Source: Phoronis australis (Eukaryota; Animalia; Phoronida). Taken from it: a stretch of DNA of 64,000 nt. A model generated the notes under the pieces. That model made no database searches and was not told the origin of the DNA. It was given only the letters and a program-made list of their open reading frames with translations. Shown piece by piece: positions 1 to 15,500 of this stretch. The DNA lies in contig NMRA01000314.1 in assembly GCA_002633005.1 (NCBI GenBank), positions 433,234-497,233 of the forward strand, read 5' to 3'. Every line of letters starts with the position of its first letter. The stretch's first letter is position 1. The position numbers and the translations under genes are program-made.

Positions 1-425
1 GTAACACAGGGACGGCCATTTTATGACAACAGAATTATCAGGAGCTCCACAGCAACCATAAGATTCGAAATTGTCGCAGAAAATAATTTGCATGTTCAAT
101 GTCTTTCGAATGATTCTTGAGGGACAATACGACTGGCAATTTCACACATATACAGATTAAATTACTCTTCGCAGCATCCACCCAAACAGATCAGGGAAAA
201 TCTTACCAAAGCATGATGGACAACTGAAATTTGATTTCCCAATTCTTAAAAGTAAAAACAGCAACAAATTATTACTAAATGTTCAACTTCCGCATCATAG
301 CCATCATCAGACAATATTTTGAAAAATAAAAACTGAAAAGGTCAACTTTCGCAGATATTTAGGTGAGATTTTTCCATGTGCAAGTTTTTTTTTTCTATTT
401 ATTACTAAGCAAGGTGAGCTCTTAC

Positions 426-540
426 CTGGGTAAGCTAGCCAGGTAGGCAATTAGTATGCGGATGTCATCATGACTCAGCTTCTCCAGGTGAGGTGAGGAA
501 GGGAACACCAACAGAGGTCCTCCCCGACGGTCCCGTCCAC
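426..540 (-). CDS. TRIO: TRIO/Kalirin exon 3
   Basis: 115 nt; acceptor ctgtag, donor GTAAGA; encodes [14 protein letters not shown]...IAYLASLP. Confidence 0.93.
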
Positions 541-3500
541 CTACAGGTAAAAAGGTTAAGCTGCCACTGGAACTTGTGCCAAGTCAAAACATTATAGTTT
601 CACAAATTGTTGTATATATATGTTTGTATAATTAGCACATATTTTCAAAGTGATGTATATATATATAGCTGTATCATCAACAAAAGTTTATAAATTGAAG
701 TACATGTCTCCGTATCATCAACAAAGGTTTACAAGTTGGTGTACATATATATCTGTATCATCAACAAAATTTTACAAACTGATGTACATATATACCTGTA
801 TCACCAACAAAAGTTTACTAAGTCATGCACTTATGCAAATTTATGTATAACTGTGACCAATAAAATTGAACGACCATAAGAACCAGAGATAAAACAGTGA
901 ACATCACTCAAACAATCTGACAAGTGTTCATGACTTTGTTGTTCTCATGACAAACAGGTAGGTGTAACCACTGCACATGTCTAGAAACTGCTGAAAGACG
1001 TGTCATAAATAATTTCTAACAGCAACACATACCGTGGTATTGTAAAACAGGTGGTAATTTCCAAAACAATAAGGAACAATCACGGTCAATCGTTTGTATC
1101 GTTTCATATCTTGTTTACAGCACAAATAGGAAAGTAAACAATGTTGAGGATATGTTACCTGGTAGGTAGGCCACACGCTCCCTCAGCAGTGGAACTATGT
1201 TGGAAGCACATATTGCGTCGCGCTGTTTCTCTGAAATGATACATTGAAACGTATAACACACTGAGGGTACTTCTGTAGGACGGCATGCACTGATAATTCT
1301 ATTCAGCATTCACACGCTATCCGATCACCTTTCCGATCCGCCGTCTGAAAGTTTTTCACGTCATTCGAACACTCATCAGACGTTCAATCTGCGTTATTAT
1401 TCTCTGTCCCCAAATCAAACGACAGATCTTCCTTCTTACCATGAGAAGGTTACATTCCAGAGACATAGCTTATGGTTTGGCTTTGTTTTACCATCGGTGA
1501 TGGCTTGTGATTGGCCAGATTATTTGCAATTTCACATTTCATGAAATGACAGGCAGCCAATATGTTATATTTGAGAATGCTCTATAAGAGGCACACACGC
1601 CTTCTGATCCTGTTTTTCATACAAATTCCACACATGAAGCTGGTACTTAAGTGCTCGGCAAATATCACAAGACACAGTTTTGCCATTTCCATTCAAAGAT
1701 AAAAGTAACACCCCCTACCAATATGAAATTCCACCCAAAACATTCAACGTTTACAATATGTGACTGACTTTAACTAATCACATTTACCTCGTTTTACAAT
1801 TTGACAGATTATGTACAGTTCAGAAAGAAAGCTGACATCATCAACAGAGTTACCATGGGAACAGAAGCATTCTGGAAAACCTATGTAGCGCCATTTTTGG
1901 TTCATATTTTGGCATGGAACACCTTACTTTGATTTTTAATTACCATGACCAAGCACTCCTAATTACCCACGGTAACACCTTGCGTAATTACAACCACCAT
2001 TGTAAACGAAGTTCATCGATTCCTTCAGTAAAAAGATAAACAGTTGGAAACTTGAATTATGCTAATTCAAAGTTTTTGAATTCAGCTTGACCTAATTACC
2101 ACCGCATGGGGATGAAGATGTCATCGCCAACGTAGTTCTGCCATTGGGGGAAAGTTGACAGGAACTTGAGTAGAGTCAAGATAACTCTAGCAATGCTTTG
2201 TTTTGACTGGATGATTTTGGTAGTTACTATGACTACTATACAAGGTTGTGTATACAACTATTGTTTACCATTCCGGGCTTGGATGTGACTCCAACATGTG
2301 AATTACTGTATTGATTATCAAAGTTTTACTGGATACTAGGTCTGAGTTAAACACCTTTGTCATTATCAGCAAATTGATTGATCTCAATAGATGGCTAGTT
2401 ACTCAAGTGAACACTCAACCATTCATTCTCACAGCCAACTCTAAAACAACTTGCACTAGCGCAACTTAAACCCACTTTAAAGTGGAGCGTCCACGCACGC
2501 AAAAACGCATGCACGAACACACGCACACACGCACACACACACACACACACGTATCCGATAACTAATGTAAGGCAGAAATTGTCGTTCTGTACGTAACATT
2601 ATGAACACCTACTACGAGTACGGCACGCAAAAGCAAACTCGTCTGTATGTAACCGCAGGTGATAATTATTACTTAAGGGTAAGCCTGTGTGTGGACAGCA
2701 CTTATGGCACCATCCTCTGCTTCCTGTCAAAAAATAACTTTTGACTTAGGCCATCTATGATATGTGGACGAACTGACAGAGCCCTATTACCTCTCAATAC
2801 CAGACTTAGTAAGTACGGTGGACAGGCCCATGAACACAAGTTGATTAAATAAATGTTACGATGATGGAGACTACACTTGTTTGTAGATGAAGAGATCAGT
2901 CATATTTTTTGTGTTAGAAATGGAGGGTTTTTGAAGCATGCAATAAATTAAGATTTAATTAAGAGACAGAGGGGGGCAATTTTTCTAAAATAAAATATGC
3001 TTTTACCATTAACCGCATTTTGACAAACAAGGGGATGTTATGTTACACAAGAAAAATTTGCGAAATTTCCCTTCTACCATGGTTCAGTGACTGCCTGGTG
3101 TCCATTACTACCAGATCATTACAATGTAATTGACTAGTGAGTACAAAATAATTAGGTAAATGTTTTGCAGACCCAACAAAGAACAATATGCATAGTTCTA
3201 TAACCTAGACAGGGTGTACATGACACTGAACGGTGTAAGCTAATTCTACAGTTGCTACACTCTAATGGGTACAAGTAATTAAAGTAAAAAATTAATGATC
3301 TAGACATTTCCCATAGCCCTTGAAACGAACTATCCACAGAAAAAAATAAGACAAATCCCTCCAGAGACAGCAGAGCTATGGCTCAGCAAACCAAAAAAAA
3401 ATTAAAATGGCCACTGCAGCGCCATCTTGTGTCTGAAGTCAACCAAAAACAATAGGCTTCGAGCCATGTACAAAGCACACATTTCGTGGAAATTTCATGA

Positions 3501-6500
3501 CTAATGGATATGAAATGCGACCTGTACCGTGCAGTAAACAAAATATTTGACAACAGAGTAACATATTGGAGAGATGTCATTTCCAGTAATAACCAGCACA
3601 CCTCTTGATCAGAAATTGATTTACGTACCTCATGTTTACTACATGAAAACGACATGTTCCATAGCATTAGCTCTCACATCAGAAACTCAACGCGACAATG
3701 GTGTAACAATACCACCCTTGAAGAGCCTATCACACTATCAATTATAGTCAGGTACACATAATGATGGACAGACATCGATCACTACCACATCCAGGCCATA
3801 ACATAACCTCAGTCTGCAGAGAGTCGGCTTAACTTGTAAAACAGCCATTCTCCCCATGGTTTTGTCACTGGAAAAATCGAGGGCACTCAAGAAAGTTCAA
3901 TACGGTTTGATGGTCCATCGTTCTTTCAAGCATCAAAATTTAGGCTATCGAGTCTGTAACACAAGTCTGTAACACACCTGAGAATGTACTGTCTTGTATA
4001 TGTTATACTTTGGGCCTATGGCCATACGTATATATTTCTATAGAGGGATGGAGCACAGCACAAATGTTTGGTGCCGATGCATACGATTTTGTATGAAATA
4101 TTACAATTACTAAAGACTTCAGCAGTGCAATGGAAGACAGAACTGGGTTAAGACTGCATGAGGCATAAATCACTTCCCTAGATCAATAATTCAAAGGCAG
4201 CGATGCGTGTAATCACATAATCAAAATAGGGTGATTCACAAATTCGTTGCTGGAACAAAGTCACGATCTTGAGTAGCAACTGAATTTTAATCTCCCAAAC
4301 ACATTACCAATTCTTCAAACCACTATAGGAACAATCGTGACCACAGAAATGGTCAATTAAAAAATAGACTATTTAGAAATATCCAAATGTTCAACCTATG
4401 TCACATTAAAGTTAATTTTCAGAAGAGTTTTATTTGATGACTGAATAGTAAGCTTGAATTTCGTAACTACCTACCTATTTTGTTCAAGAATGCACAGTAA
4501 CGGTTACCAAGAGGCAAAGTTTTACAAACTTAGAATTCAGTGTTGAAAAGGTGATTTAGGCCAAACAGTTAATTCACTTGACAAGGCTGGTTTACCTTAA
4601 ATGTTATTAGTCTTTTTGGAAATAAATCTCATCATTTCTTATCTTGTTCCAGCTACATGAGCAATGGTCAGCAGCAAACATCAAGTTTTGATTCTGAAAC
4701 TCAGACACTAAGTCAACAGATTAATTGCTAAAACACTGGAAACATTATTTACAATACTTAAGGTTATCTCAAACCTTATTCACAAAAATTGGACATTTCT
4801 ACGTATCACGTGTCGAGCAAAATACCAAATTTTCATTCTCAGGGGACTTCAAATACAAATATATACTGTGTAGTATGAAAAAAAAAGATTTAAAAGAACC
4901 ACCTTGGAACCGCACAACCGCATGGATATTTGTTTACTACTTATCCGAGGTCAAAGGTTACAGGGCTGTCACTCAAACTGAATCACCCGCCAGATACAGA
5001 GCAGCTTTGTATGTACCATCAGTGCTTTCATTCACCCAGTCCCCATAATATTGAGTCAATGAGGTGTACATATGATACAACGGTGCTGGGGAAAACGAAG
5101 ACAAAACGTAGTTTTGATCCTGAGCTGAGGTGGGTGTGCATCTACATGCATACGTCGCTGAGAATGAATGCTACGAGTTGCATGACGCCTGTGTGGTCAC
5201 AAACACAGCAAGTTGTGAGAAGAGATAGATCCTCACTCAAATTTCTTAATTCAATAAGTAATTTGACATTTCGCTGTTTCGATCTCATGCTAACGTTGTG
5301 CTTTAACCACCGACTTCATTTCTGTTATCCATTTCTTATTAGGTTTTGCATCAGTCTCCCGTCACGTGATGTGTAGAACAATGAACTGATGACCTGCTTT
5401 TAAGCAGGTCAAACAACAGTAACAGTTGATCCCACCTCGTAGCTAGGGATGATACGTTTTAACGACAACTAAGTTAATTACGCATTGCAAATTCAGCTGA
5501 CACTGCAAGTGAATGTTGAAATAGCGAACATGGTTAAGGCATGTATAGGTTATATTGACCGAAAACAAGTTTTTACCAAATAAATTAACCGTTCACTTTG
5601 AAATTTTCACTTGTCCCAATTTAATCGGCTTTTTCTCAAATCGACTTAATACGAGTTCTCAAAAGCAAGTTGGTGGATTGTTATAGATACGAAACGAAAC
5701 GACCAATAAAAAATTCCTAACAGCATTTTTTAAGTGAAGTGGTGAAGTTTTCATTTAAAAAAGGTTTCATTAAAATTGACTGAGGGGTTATTTTGCAATG
5801 AATGTACCTTTATTAAAAAAATGAAATTTTGACTTGAAAAAGGTCTTAACGTAATAATAATAATATTGGTACATAAATACAAAACATATTTTTGTATTCC
5901 CTGAACTTTTTTCTTTCAGAAAATATATACTTTTACTACTAGTTGACGAAGCCCAGTTTTTTGAAAAAACAAGTTAGAATAGAGGCGACTAAATAAGGTA
6001 TGAGATAACCTTAAGTTTCGTTTAGGCTTAAAGAGTTCTCGTTATGCGTTTTCTTAGTTTTTGAGGTTTCAGTTAGCTAATATGAAATAAATATCATAAA
6101 ATCTAATTAAATAAAGCAATTTTGATGCCAACAAGTTGCGAATATTTTAATTTTGAAGAAAAATTAGTTACTTCCAAGTTTCCTGCGAAATGATGTAATG
6201 GGTGGAAGACGTTTAGTCACTTGACAATCAGTTGCAATGGTGGAACACGTCAAATCAGAAGACGAGGACGATTTTGAGCGAGAACTGGACAATTATTATG
6301 CAGACAGAGAGGAGAGTGGATACGGGCATCACACTCAAGTACTTGAAGAGTTGGACAATGAATTCGATTTCCCACTAATCGAACTTTCATCGGCTTTGAG
6401 GCCATACGAACTCGACTCACTTGCACCAGGAACACTGCAGACATGTGAGCCACAAGTAAGTGAACCAAGGGGTGGTCAATATTCACAAAATAGACACTTA

Positions 6501-9500
6501 ATAATCACTGATGACAAACGCCACAGTAAACCTGGGTCATCCTATTTCCATGATGGAATGACCACGGTCTAAACACAATGCATAAGTCTACGTGGCGTAG
6601 CACTCGATCTGGGCCGGGGTCGAGAGCCTGGCATCATTCGCCTAAGAGTTCAGGCAGTTTCTTCGTTATTTATAAAATTTGCAAATATACTTACAAGGTG
6701 GCAAGTCCTGCATCGTAACGCCGCTTTTGTGTTTGGTTGAAACACGATTCCTTGAAATGTGCTGACATTCCACCCTCGTATGGTGCACAAACTGATGCCA
6801 TTTCTGTGCAACTTTCACGTATTTAGGAAATTTGAACACAGATACGTTCTCAGTCTAGTTACTGTTACATCCTCCACAAACGCAACTTGTCATATCTAAA
6901 AAGGAAGCTCTCCGCGGACAATCCTCACAACTCTACTGGTAAAAACAACAACGACGGAAACAGTCTTCCACCCACTACGTACAACCTCGATAACAGAAAA
7001 ATATTGTTTTTTTTTTAATTTTTGGCTTGTTTCTTAGCAACAGGTACATTAAAGGCTATTATTATAACTCTAAGATGTATTAATAAAATTCCTTTTTGAG
7101 ACATGGGGTCATGGTGGGAACTCTTTAAATCAATCAAAAATCCAAAAGATTTCCTTAAAAAATTCTCTAAACGAACTCTGTTTTGATAAGTTGATTTTTC
7201 TCAATTAATGATCTCCTGTTGACCCAGTTCAAGACAATTAACAGTTAAAGACTATGGTGTGGACAGGCCTGATAGAAAACTTCCACAGCAAGGAAAATCC
7301 AATCTAAATAGATAATATTGATTGCTTAGGATTTAGACCTCCTCAAGCTCTGCTAATGGAAATTAGTGAGTGAATGTTACGACTACCCCCAGTAGGCATC
7401 TATGGTGCAGAATCCATTCAATAAAGTATACTGCTGCTATAATAGGTTGGTTTCCATAATTTCATTATTATTAATGTCCAGTAGAGGTCTCTAGAGAGGT
7501 AGTCCCACACAACAAACCCACAAGAATCCTGCCAGAGTTCTGTTGTAGTTTGTATGACCTTTCACTGGTTTACATTAGACTAAAAACAAATGTTATCTGC
7601 CAGTTCCCAAATACTCTGTATTGACTAGTTCAGTTATTGGGTTAACAGTACTCTCTATTATAATGGGCACAACACATAAATTTCCTTGTTAATTATCATC
7701 TTGGAAAAATACAAGGGGTTTGGAAAACATAACTTGCGTAACATCACAACTCAAATAACAAGTTAATTAGAAGAGCAATGGCAAAGTATGAACAGTTTTG
7801 ATCAAATTTGGAAGAATGTATCTCGGAAATGGCTAATAACATAAAACTTTCAAACACTACGCCTTGTACTTTCAGATACTATGCCTTATACACTATTCTC
7901 CAAAAAGCTGTTATGAATTGGTTTTAAAATGTTCCACTTATGTTATGTATGAGCGGCTATCAACAATAAGACTTATACATGATTTTTATGAACAAAAATT
8001 GAAGTTGCAACTAGAATAAAAACAAAATAATAATTCAGAAAACTTTAACAGTGTTATTGAGATTTCATTTTGAACAGTTCCATTTTACAAAAAAATGGTC
8101 GTGTTATTGATCCTGTTGTTTTGCTACTAACGTAACTTTCTTTTTGCCAAATTTTCCCACAAAGCAAGGTCACGTAACCTAATTAGTGCCAGATAGGTAA
8201 AAAGTCAAATATAGAATTCTATGGAATGCCTTTCAGAAAATACATGCTTCTGCTGTGTTAAATTCTAGAAGATTGGTATCCAAATGTACAGACTTGACAA
8301 TAAAAGGTCCCACATAACCTAAAGAAGCCAATGGAAGCTATGGGCCACAGTCAGAGCTGATACAGAATCCCCCTTATGTTTATGTAGGCTCCTTGGACAA
8401 CACAGTGACAGCTGTACTGAAATGTCAAGTGCACAAGTGCAGCCCCTGAACCAAGAGATGTTGACAGACAGAGACAGTGTGATGGGCTCCTGTCATATGG
8501 TGTGTGAAGGAGACAAGAATGTACAACCTATAAACCCAAGCAGTATTATTTACATCAAACTCTCACCAATTTAGAATGCAAAAACAACAGCCCACTGAAC
8601 TGAAAAGGAAAAATTCCTCGCGTTGGAACAGAACTAAAATGCAAGTTTCTCGCTTTTTCAGTAAAGATGTACAGTGCCTAATAGTTGCCTTACTATGGTC
8701 TCATGAGAAATACAGAATACATTTTTGAAAATGGTGCGGGTGTTCACCTCTGTTTATAAGTACTTGAAAAAAAATAATAAAAGGGAAATTTTTGGCAATT
8801 ACTATTGTCCAAAATTTATGAGGTTTTACAGTAAAATTGTTTCTATAGGAACACTCACAATTACTAGCCAGTGGTAGCTTCTGTTCAGCTTTGAATGTTG
8901 AAATTTGTTAAAAAGTTGAAGTTTGAACACTGCAGTCGCGCAAGTCAAGGTTTCCACAAGAAACCAACTTTGTTGCTCTATGGCACCATTAGTTTACTTA
9001 CAACCAACCACTCTACCAAATCTCAAAATCATTGACATCACTAAGAACAACCAACTTCTCACTTTTTGCACTTTCAAACACAACTCACAAAATCCCTTAC
9101 TAGAAACAGACAGTGGTCAATTTCCTTACACGGTGACTGTGAAAGCATTATCAAAATACTTTAAACGTTTTTTTCCAATATGACCCCAATTCATCCCACG
9201 TAATGATGACGAAGACAGGACAACCACATCATACTTTTGGAACTTGAGGAGAATCAAGTATTTGCAAATCAATGTCACTCATCTAACACAACCTTAGCCA
9301 AGGCAGTGTACGTCACCTCATACAATGGGTTCAGAAAGGCAGATTCAACCAAAGGCTAAAATAAAGTCAAAATTAACGCCTACATTATAAACAAGTCTGT
9401 TTTATTTCTCAGCTATTCACATTTACGCGGCCCATATTGTAGTCACATCTACACACTACGATATTTAGTACGTGACTGTATGTGATTTTAGGATCACTCC

Positions 9501-12500
9501 CAATGCACGTCAGTTTTTGGATATGATTTGTAATTTTTTAGCTAAAAAATCGTGTCAGAAAACCTGTCCGATTCAAAGTTGTTCAGAAATTATATATTAA
9601 CTAAAACTGAAAATTGGATAGAGCTTTAAGGGTATGTAGAACCCAAGAATAGTCATTAAATTCGGCTAACTTTAGAACACCATGCCTCACAAATGGCCGA
9701 GACGAAACATGATATTTTCATTGTGTAACTTTTGTGACTTAAGTAGGAACTTTTTGTGAGAATAACCACATAATTCCCAGGCACAATCGTGGGAAGTTGG
9801 TATCTGATTTAGAGAACCAGTTTCATACACTAAATAACGGGCCCGTTATTCAGTAATTGCTTGGTTCTCTAAGTCAGGGACCGCTATATCCGACCAGTGC
9901 CGGAAGTTGAACGCACGATGAACACAAAGTAACTGAAAAATAGGGTGATAAAATTCCACTACCAAATGTCACTGTAGATGGCGCTGAACACTTCCCTACA
10001 CATTCTCTGGTGCCATTGTTGTGACACTCCGTGCTTTATGTAGTGGAACAGCTCATTTCGACATATCACATCAGTATCAGAAAATGGGTACTCCACTGAT
10101 TTTGGATTACTCTAGCAGAATGGACTTCACGCTGTGGAATCAAATTAATGAACATCAAATAAACTACCAATCACGACAGGTCTTGACAGAATGTGCGTGA
10201 AGATACCTACCCATTTCACAGTGATGTTCTCACTATCCACAAATCATCATAGTAACACAACCAGTCCATCCAACTCACTGTCATAGAAAGACAATGGCAC
10301 TCTCACTGACCTCAGCTGACCCAGATATTACAGAATCAACAAAATAGCCTGGCCATTAGTCCATGCCACAACAATCCAAGATATGCCTGCCAGACACATC
10401 TAGACAAACATACATGTTGTGTGTCTTTATGTAGTCAGATGTCATACACCAACACAGACTACCCAGTTCCTGCTGTGTGCTCAGGAGAGACCAATGTACT
10501 TGAGTAATCCCTCAAACAAGACTCCAACAACACGACTCCCAAGCCTCAAAACAGTCCCCACTCGCTATGTATAAGACTGTCCATGTACAGTCAGCTATGT
10601 GAGTCTGATCATTCAACACTGACTTGGACACAGACTAATTTCTTCACCCCGCCACTTAAACACACAGACATTTACATTCCGTCTCTAATTTAAGTGCAGC
10701 AATGCAGACTTCCACTGGCATTAGACAAACACATGGTGGCTAGGGTACACAGTCTCAACACAACTGTATATCAGTCTTCTGTCTCACCAATACACAACTA
10801 GGCTCATGGTACCATATCGCCACCATCCCCACCACAGTCACCTCACTCCAGCAATGTCTTACAGCCAGACCAACTGTCACCATCCACTTGTCTTTGGTAC
10901 ACTGTGACCAGAGTCCCCCAATTTCAAACCAGGCAATCCTGCTCCAAACAGTAGCAGATCCATAAGGAAATTGCCTGCCACAAATCTGACACTGTTGATC
11001 TCTGCCAAGTCCCAGTCCACAGCTGATTCAGTCTTCACTGGTCTTCACAGAACACCATCAACAGTGGTGAATCCTAAATGCAATCAACGTTCAACTAGGG
11101 AAGGCTGAATCTATTAGCCTGATGACTGACTACTGGTCTCTTTTAATGAAATAACCAGGCCATCAAACTAGGAAATGAAAACAAGACAATCTAAATGGTT
11201 TAGTTCAGCTGAACTCTGAAGGAGTAAACAACTGTACATGACAAAAGCTTGAGACTGAAAGATTTATGCTGCTAAGCTGTCAATCCCTGTCATGATGAAC
11301 TCAATCAATACAAATAGCCACAGAAGATGTAGGTAAAGTAACATGTTTCAGCCAAAGTAGAGTAAACAAGCGGTCCACAGGTGCAGACTGGCGGCAGCAC
11401 ACTAGGCAGAGAGGTGGGCTGCTGTGGCGATCACCATGGCAACAAACAAGTGAAGGGAACCAAGGAGAACCTTTTGTAGATGGACTGTGAAGAACACAAC
11501 AGAGATAAAAAATACTACAGGGAAATCAAGCAGCTTGTTTAGATGTGTATGAAGCATGAAGTGGATGTGTCTGTCACAACTATTGAGCGATGAGCTAAGT
11601 TTCCANNNNNNNNNNNNNNNNNNNNNNNNNNNNNNNNNNNNNNNNNNNNNNNNNNNNNNNNNNNNNNNNNNNNNNNNNNNNNNNNNNNNNNNNNNNNNNN
11701 NNNNNNNNNNNNNNNNNNNNNNNNNNNNNNNNNNNNNNNNNNNNNNNNNNNNNNNNNNNCCCCCCCCCCCCCAACCCATTTTTCAGACTGGCTACACTTT
11801 CCAGAAACCCTATGCATGTCCCCTGAAATGACGTTTAACCACATAGTCAGTTTATTTTTGTTGTCAAGATTACATCCCCATCAAACCTTAAGACCTGAAA
11901 TCGCAGACCACCCCTTCCAGCTTAAAAAATGTTCCGCCGCCAATGCTATGCAATTAATGATTTTTCAAGAGCCAAGAACGAGCAGTAACTGCAAAACACA
12001 AAAAAATATAAACTGCTTTTTAAAATCTTAATTGCTGCACATGGCAAAAGTTCCAGTCCACTGAGAAAAACCAAAAGGGGAATACAGGGTAATGGTTGTG
12101 TCTCCCTAAGGTGGTTCTCGGAACACTAAAAAAAAACGTCGGGAAAAAACAAGTGGGAATTGTCTTAAGCCTTGAAGAATCTAAGTTAGAGCTCTGACAA
12201 TGGGTGTTGTATTCGAAGCACCGTTTCCGCTAATCACCCCGTCCTTTAATCATCCAATGTCATGAACATGTGACAGTAACTCCCTGGTACATATATATAG
12301 TATGTAATGTGATATTTGATATTCAAAGCAATGACAATTGACTGGTACTGCTAGCGTAATAGCTAGGAGAGTACTCGTTTCTCAGGTCACACAATAGCCT
12401 TGGGGAACTGTGTGTATTGAACAAAGGGTTTGCTTATTATATCATCTCAGAACATAGTAATTGTGTGTGTGAATCACTGTTAAGAGGCTGTAAAAACAAA

Positions 12501-15500
12501 GACTTGGTTAGCAATCACCACAGAATAACTATTAAAAGGTCTTAAGGAGGACATTGCAGACACCAGTATGAACTTAAAACCATGTGTCGAGAGACCAACA
12601 GAAAATTTTAATACATTTATTTCATCAAAGTCCTCATTTTGTGGAAAGAGCAAACATTTGATTTATGAACCTATAGCCACAAGAACCAACATCCAAGCAC
12701 AACACAATGGCCATGTAACTGTTGTGAATTATGACTGAACTATTTCTGCAAGTAATATATTACTTTGTGACCAAAGAAAGGAAGAAAAAACAACAAAAAT
12801 GAAAATACACAAAAGTGTAAAATCAAAACCTTCATTTTGATTTCACAGTTGTTGGAAAGTTACCTCTTTTTCTCAAAACACGGTAACCTAGGCCAAATTT
12901 TGCACGCATTCACTTGACTTCAAAGTTGTACGGTAGTTGTCAATGGTGCTGACAGATGTCACTACTCCTGACAGGTGTGGAAATGTACCTCTATTCATCA
13001 GCTCTCTAACAACTCCACCTTGTATTTACCCATCATTGATCTCAACAGCTGACTGACACTTGAATAGGTAACTAACCATTGTGTATTGACATACCTTGGC
13101 AAGGCTGAAGAACACAAGATTTGTTAATTACAACTGAGCAAATAACGCAGAAAAAGAAACAAAATGCTCGAGTAATCAGCTCAAAGAACGTACTTACTAC
13201 TTACAGTTGAGGTATTTTATCATTGGAGCAGACAATGTTTCAGCCATATTAAACCAAACACATAGAAGAAATATTTCAATGCATGAGAAAAGAAAAGGGT
13301 CTTCCAAACCATTGTTAGATAATTTCGAAATGTCACTATGGTGACAATGGCAAAGCCACGAAAAGATTAAAATAAAATGCTGAATTTTGGTACTTAAAAG
13401 TTGTTTTAGTGAAGATCCCATAACACCGTCTAATATTTACTAAATAGGAGGTTAAACACAAAATCCCAGCATAGAAACCAAAGCATTTTGCCACCTCTAG
13501 GCCAAACACAAGAGTGGCCAGTTGAGGACAGCAAACGATGCTCCTCACAATGAGTAAGCATGCATCAAACAAGATTGACACAAGATGGCAGCACACTACA
13601 GTATAAGACCAACTGTTCCCATTCAGTACACTGTGTTGTGCATTGATACTGATAATTTGTTTCAAGTACCTTGTCCAGGTTTTTGTCATAATTACAAAAA
13701 AGTATGAATTTATGAATCATACCTAACATGTGCGTTAAAAATATCATGGGAAAAACTGAAGGTGCAATAGACCCCTGCTTTCCCTTGGCTAATTATATAT
13801 CCTTTGCACTTAACCCAAGTCTTCATGAAGGAGTATTCAAGGGACCATTTACAGAATATTTTACCCATTCACAAAATAGGATTAACTATGTATACTGGAT
13901 CATGGTTTTCAGCATTTTGTTGCAAGTTCAAACAATTTTTAAGCAAGAGTAAACATTGCGTGACACAGTTTCTGGCAGAATGAATTACTATCAACACCAT
14001 TAAAGTCATGCAGTTTCTATTGAAATTTGAACCATTAGGGAGGCTGGTGCGATCAATACCAAGCCATTGTCTCTCTGTGGTTCCTGGGTCTCAGGGGTGA
14101 CTGACAGTGGCCTTCAATACAAGCTTGATTGTTGCCAGTCAATATTTTATCACCAACAACCAGAAGAGATGTCATTCACAATCACAGTAACAACAATCCG
14201 AGAAGAGCTAACAATGAGTAAGACTCTCTTAAACACATAATCATACCTATTTAGAAGTGTGGACTTCACCTGAAGGAAATTTACACACATAAAAAATAAT
14301 TTTGCAATGAAAAAAATTATACTGGTAATATCGTCCAATTTATCAACCACTGGTCCAAAAGGTCCAAGAGGAGACAACGTAAATATTATTTCTAGCATAA
14401 AAGAAATAACAAACTGCAAAGAAGTTGGACTTTAACCAAACATTAGCACTTAGTGCACTGACTTTACCAAAGTTCTCGTATTAAGTTATTAACACAAACC
14501 AGAAGAAGCTAATGAAGGAACTGGTGGAAGACCCTACCTAAATAATACAAACTTGACGTTCATTAAAAAACACCAAACTGATACAGACTGGAATGTCACT
14601 GGCGGAACTTTGTGAATGTTATCAAGTGACAGATATAATTACACCAGTCATGGCAGTGTCAGGCTGAAGGTAGAAGATAATTATAGATGCAAACCGGTTA
14701 TTACAAATTATAATTGGTAAACTCAAATGTCAGACAAGATCATATTCTGATCTAAGGCTGTCTATTAACCAAGCTCACTTATATTGTGGGAATATACATT
14801 ACTGATGTAACCTCAATCCACTACCCCCCCTCACCCAGCACACAGACCGACCAATCAACAGACAATCCACTACAGAGAGTTTGCCAGCACAGGTATGCCA
14901 GAGTAGATGGGTAGGTAAACCAGTGGCAGATCTATGTTTTCAGTAAGAGGGAGTTTAGGATTCCAGCGAATCGGAGGCGCGTAGCGCCGAGGGGAAGGAA
15001 GGAACGTTGGGAGAGGGTTTCCCTCCTCCCATGTAGGATTTTTTGTGGTTTTTAGTAGCTAATTTCGTTTTTCTGGCGGATTTTTTTTCAATTTTTATTT
15101 TTGATTCTGTCCCGAGGGGGGGTTTGAACCCCCTGAACACCCTCCCTCCTACTGTAGATCCGCCTCTGTAAACACTGCCAAAGCGGTGATATTAGGCCAT
15201 GCACGTTCTAAAAAAAATAACCGATCAGTTAACACCTGAAAATCATTTGATTAATAATGTTTAAAAGGTAACCTCCATGAAAGTTTTACAATATAATGCA
15301 TACATATTCAATTTCTTTATCATATCTAATAGACAATATTTTGAAAAATTGTAGGCATTCATAATAATGTTAGACGGCCTTAAAAATAAAAGTGTAATTT
15401 TAGCGATTATTTTGTCCGAAATTGTAGCCTAGATAGAATTGACTGGTTGTTCAAACTCTCCAGAATATCCCCAGACTCTCGGTGTGGTCATGAAACTTGC

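Larger units (their letters stand above)
6032..7124. mobile_element. Internally deleted Kolobok-like DNA transposon with relics of two convergent ORFs
   Basis: TTAA at 6028-6031 and 7125-7128; termini AGAGTTC...GAACTCT; THAP-domain relic on minus strand and acidic ORF on plus strand. Confidence 0.75.

Noticed and set aside
543-565. CTTAAC near the TRIO exon 3 acceptor as a U12 branch site
   Set aside because: The intron's donor is GTAACA, a U2-type site, and the motif lacks the full TCCTTAAC consensus.
11402-11844. ORFs of 91-125 aa
   Set aside because: Open only because they run through the N gap.
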